From the human T2T-CHM13v2.0 reference genome, Homo sapiens: 64,000 nt of DNA. The stretch is from assembly GCF_009914755.1 (NCBI RefSeq), contig NC_060936.1; one strand, given 5' to 3'. Position 1 is the stretch's first letter; the number at the start of each line of letters is the position of its first letter. Both the position numbers and the translations under genes were made by a program. Below the pieces are notes generated by a model that saw nothing but the letters and a program-made list of their open reading frames with translations, was not told the origin of the DNA and searched no databases. Below are positions 61,273 to 64,000 of this stretch, piece by piece.

Positions 61273-62227
61273 GTGATATCTGCTTACTGACCCTTCTCTG
61301 TTACTCTGTTATATTTTACTGGGGCTAAAATATCCTTTCTTTCATGAAATGATGGTGCTCAGAGCGTGCGTGGCACCACGTGGGCTGCATAGCACCCAAC
61401 TCCACTGTCCACTCAGACTACATGTGCTCAGCAGCCTCTGGTCTGCCCTGTGAGGCCCTAATAGGATGAGAGATGGTAGTTGGTATTTCTGGGCATTTAA
61501 AGCCCTATTTGGCAAAATAACACAGTTGGCACCCATGTTGTCGATCCCTTACAACTATTAAAAAAATTACATGTCTCCAAAATTCCATCTTTCCTTCCTT
61601 CCTTCCTCCTCCTTTCTTTCCCTCCTTCCCTTTCCTTTCTCCTTCTGTTCTTCTCTCTCTTTCTCCTGCAAATATTAAATTGCCTACAATGAACCAGACA
61701 GTACTCTGGGGTCCAGGAGTAAATAGCACAGACAAAATCTTCTGCCCTCAGTGGAATCCACATTCTAGTGGTGGAGGGGGAAAGACACAAATAAATGCAA
61801 TCTGTTATATAAAATATATAGCTTGTTAGGTGGGGATAAGTGCTACAGAGAAAAATGAACCAGGGAATGAGGATATATGCATTGGGAGACTGTGATTTTT
61901 GCTGGAGTGGCAGGAGAAAGTGGCATGTTTGTAGACCTTCAAAGAAGTTAGGGAATTAGCTCCACAGATACCTGGAGAAGGGCTTTCTAAGCAGCAGGTA
62001 CAGCATGTGCAAAAGCACTGAAGTAGGAATGTGTCTGGTGTGTTTGTAGAAGAGTGAGGAGGCCTGCTGGAGTGCATTGCGGAGGGGAAAGTGGAGGATA
62101 TAAGTTCAGACAGGTAATGGGGTGGAGTTTAAAATCCTGTCTCAAGTAATGATTCTCAAACTGTGGTCCCTAAACCACCCCAAACCCAGTGAATCAGAAA
62201 CTCTGGGGGTGGGGTCCACCATCTATT

Positions 62228-62518
62228 TGTTTTTTTTTCCCAAGACAGCGTTTCACTCTGTCACCCAGGCTGCAGTGCAGTGGCACCATCTTGGCTCACC
62301 ACAACCTCCGCCTCCCAGGTTCAAGTGAGTCTCCTGCCTCAGCCTCCTGAATAGCTGGGATTACAGGTGCACACCACCACACACAGCTAAGTTTTGTATT
62401 TTTAGTAGAGATGGAGTTTCACCATGTTGACCGGGCTGGTCTTGATCCACCCTCCGGTGATTCACCCTCCTCGCCTTCCCAATGTGTTGGGATTACAGGC
62501 ATGAACCACTGCTCGGCC
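62228..62518 (-). mobile_element. AluS inside a MER5-like remnant (~62148-62580)
   Basis: Full antisense Alu body; flanks gattctcaaactgtggtcc / tgtgggagccatct. Confidence 0.85.
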
Positions 62519-64000
62519 TCCACCGTCTATTTTAAGGAGGCCTCCTAGGATTCTGAAACCCACTAAAATGTGGGAGCCATCTCTCTGCAGCATCCAGGCC
62601 AGGCCTGACTACCCCCGAAGAGTCTGCTGTCCCATCTTATGTTCTGGCAGGCTGCGGGCAGCAGCAGGTGTGGCATGGGACAGAAGGGGTGTCAGAGTTG
62701 ACCTGACCTCCTGATCCTAAGAAATGCTGTCATCTCAGCATCTGGAAGTTGACATTCATACTAATAAAAAAAGTCAGACGTGGTGCCTGTGCTCAAATTG
62801 AGGGCTGGGCAACTGTGAGGACAAAAGGTAGGAGGCATGGAAGTGGGGCTGATGCCCAAGAGATGGGATCATTGACTGTCAGGGTGGAGAGACCCTTAGG
62901 ACATCTGGTCCAGGCGTCTTATTTCACAGATGAGAAGACTGAGGCCTAGAAGGGAGAAATGACTGCTAATTAGATACAGATGAGATTGCTGTGCATCCTC
63001 TGGGCTTCTAGGCACCTGCTCCCTTTCCAGTCTTGCCTCCAGGCTCAGGGCTCTGGGTACTCCAAGAACACTGCTGCTGGGTAAATTCAGGGGATCCTGG
63101 TGGTGTGCTGGCTCCAAAGGGAGCAGAAACCGGATAGCAGAGATTACAGCTGCCTCTGACATGATGTCATATTAAAATGAAAGGTTTAGGGAGATGAGCA
63201 CTGCAGCCTGTCACCAGGCAGCCCGAGTGTTATTTAGGACTTTGTTTTTGTCTTGGTGGACTGCACTCAGTGCAGCCGTGAGTCACCAAATGATAGCTCT
63301 CAGGTTTTGACCGCATCCCATGTGCTGGGTGCTGTGCAGACCTCATTTCTAAACTTTGTCTGTAAAATTCCCATTTTACAGACAAAAAAGCCAAGCCTCA
63401 GGGACTTTAAGTAACTTGCCCAAGACTGGGGTTTGATCCTCCCTCAGTCTGAACCAAAGCTGGGGACCTTTCCACTTGCCTCTGCTCCTTTCATCGTCAG
63501 CTGCCAGCCTATGGTTTGGGCACCAGTTTGACACCAGGGTTATTGCCAATTTTATCTCTTCCCTTACTTTCCTATTTTCCCTCCCTCTCTTCTTCTCTCT
63601 CTTCCTGTCATCATTCCTTTCTTTTCTTCCTACCTCAGAACTTTATCAGGTGCCCACCACGTGCCCAACTTAATGCTGAGTTATAAAATCCAGTGATAAG
63701 AGATAGTTCCTGCTCTCAGAGAAACCCCATGCTGGTAAGAATAAGTCACATAACTAAATAGTTGTTACATTATATGGTCACTGATATAATCAATGTCTGA
63801 ACAATATGCAATGGGAATGAAGGTAATGAAAGGCTTCCCAGGGGAGGTGATAGCTGAGCTGGGCTTTGCAGGATGAATAGGAGTCCATCAGAAAGAGATA
63901 GTAAGTGGTTGGAGAAGGGTGAGGAGAAGAAACAGCTCATCAGGGGCTTTGAGGGATTAGGGTATGGACCATCTGGGGGACAGCAAGAGTTTTGCTGGAT

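Overview
Primate (very probably human) genomic DNA, about half interspersed repeats (Alu, L1PA/L1M, L2, MIR, MaLR LTRs, hAT/mariner MITEs). The window holds ~21 kb of upstream sequence, a CpG-island promoter (~21.4-25.2 kb) and the large first coding exon of BTBD11/ABTB3 (ATG 22547, donor G|GTAAGT after 23681, phase 1). The remaining ~40 kb is intron 1; no further coding exon was recognisable. The gene name is from recall of the protein, not a search. Highlights: (1) Exon 1 encodes a single-chain H2B-H2A histone-fold doublet whose H2A half is split by a ~90-aa Gly/Ser/Ala/His-rich insert. (2) A consensus-like donor (GAG|GTAAGA) 13 nt after the ATG is in the same phase as the normal donor, so it could delete the whole doublet in frame. 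It overlaps the stop codon of an out-of-frame uORF that straddles the main ATG. (3) A 129-bp inverted copy of nearby DNA is templated into an Alu. (4) There is a second short templated Alu fragment, an L1 with a micro 3' transduction, and an LTR-internal-LTR MaLR relic. Repeat subfamily names and boundaries were read by eye and are approximate.
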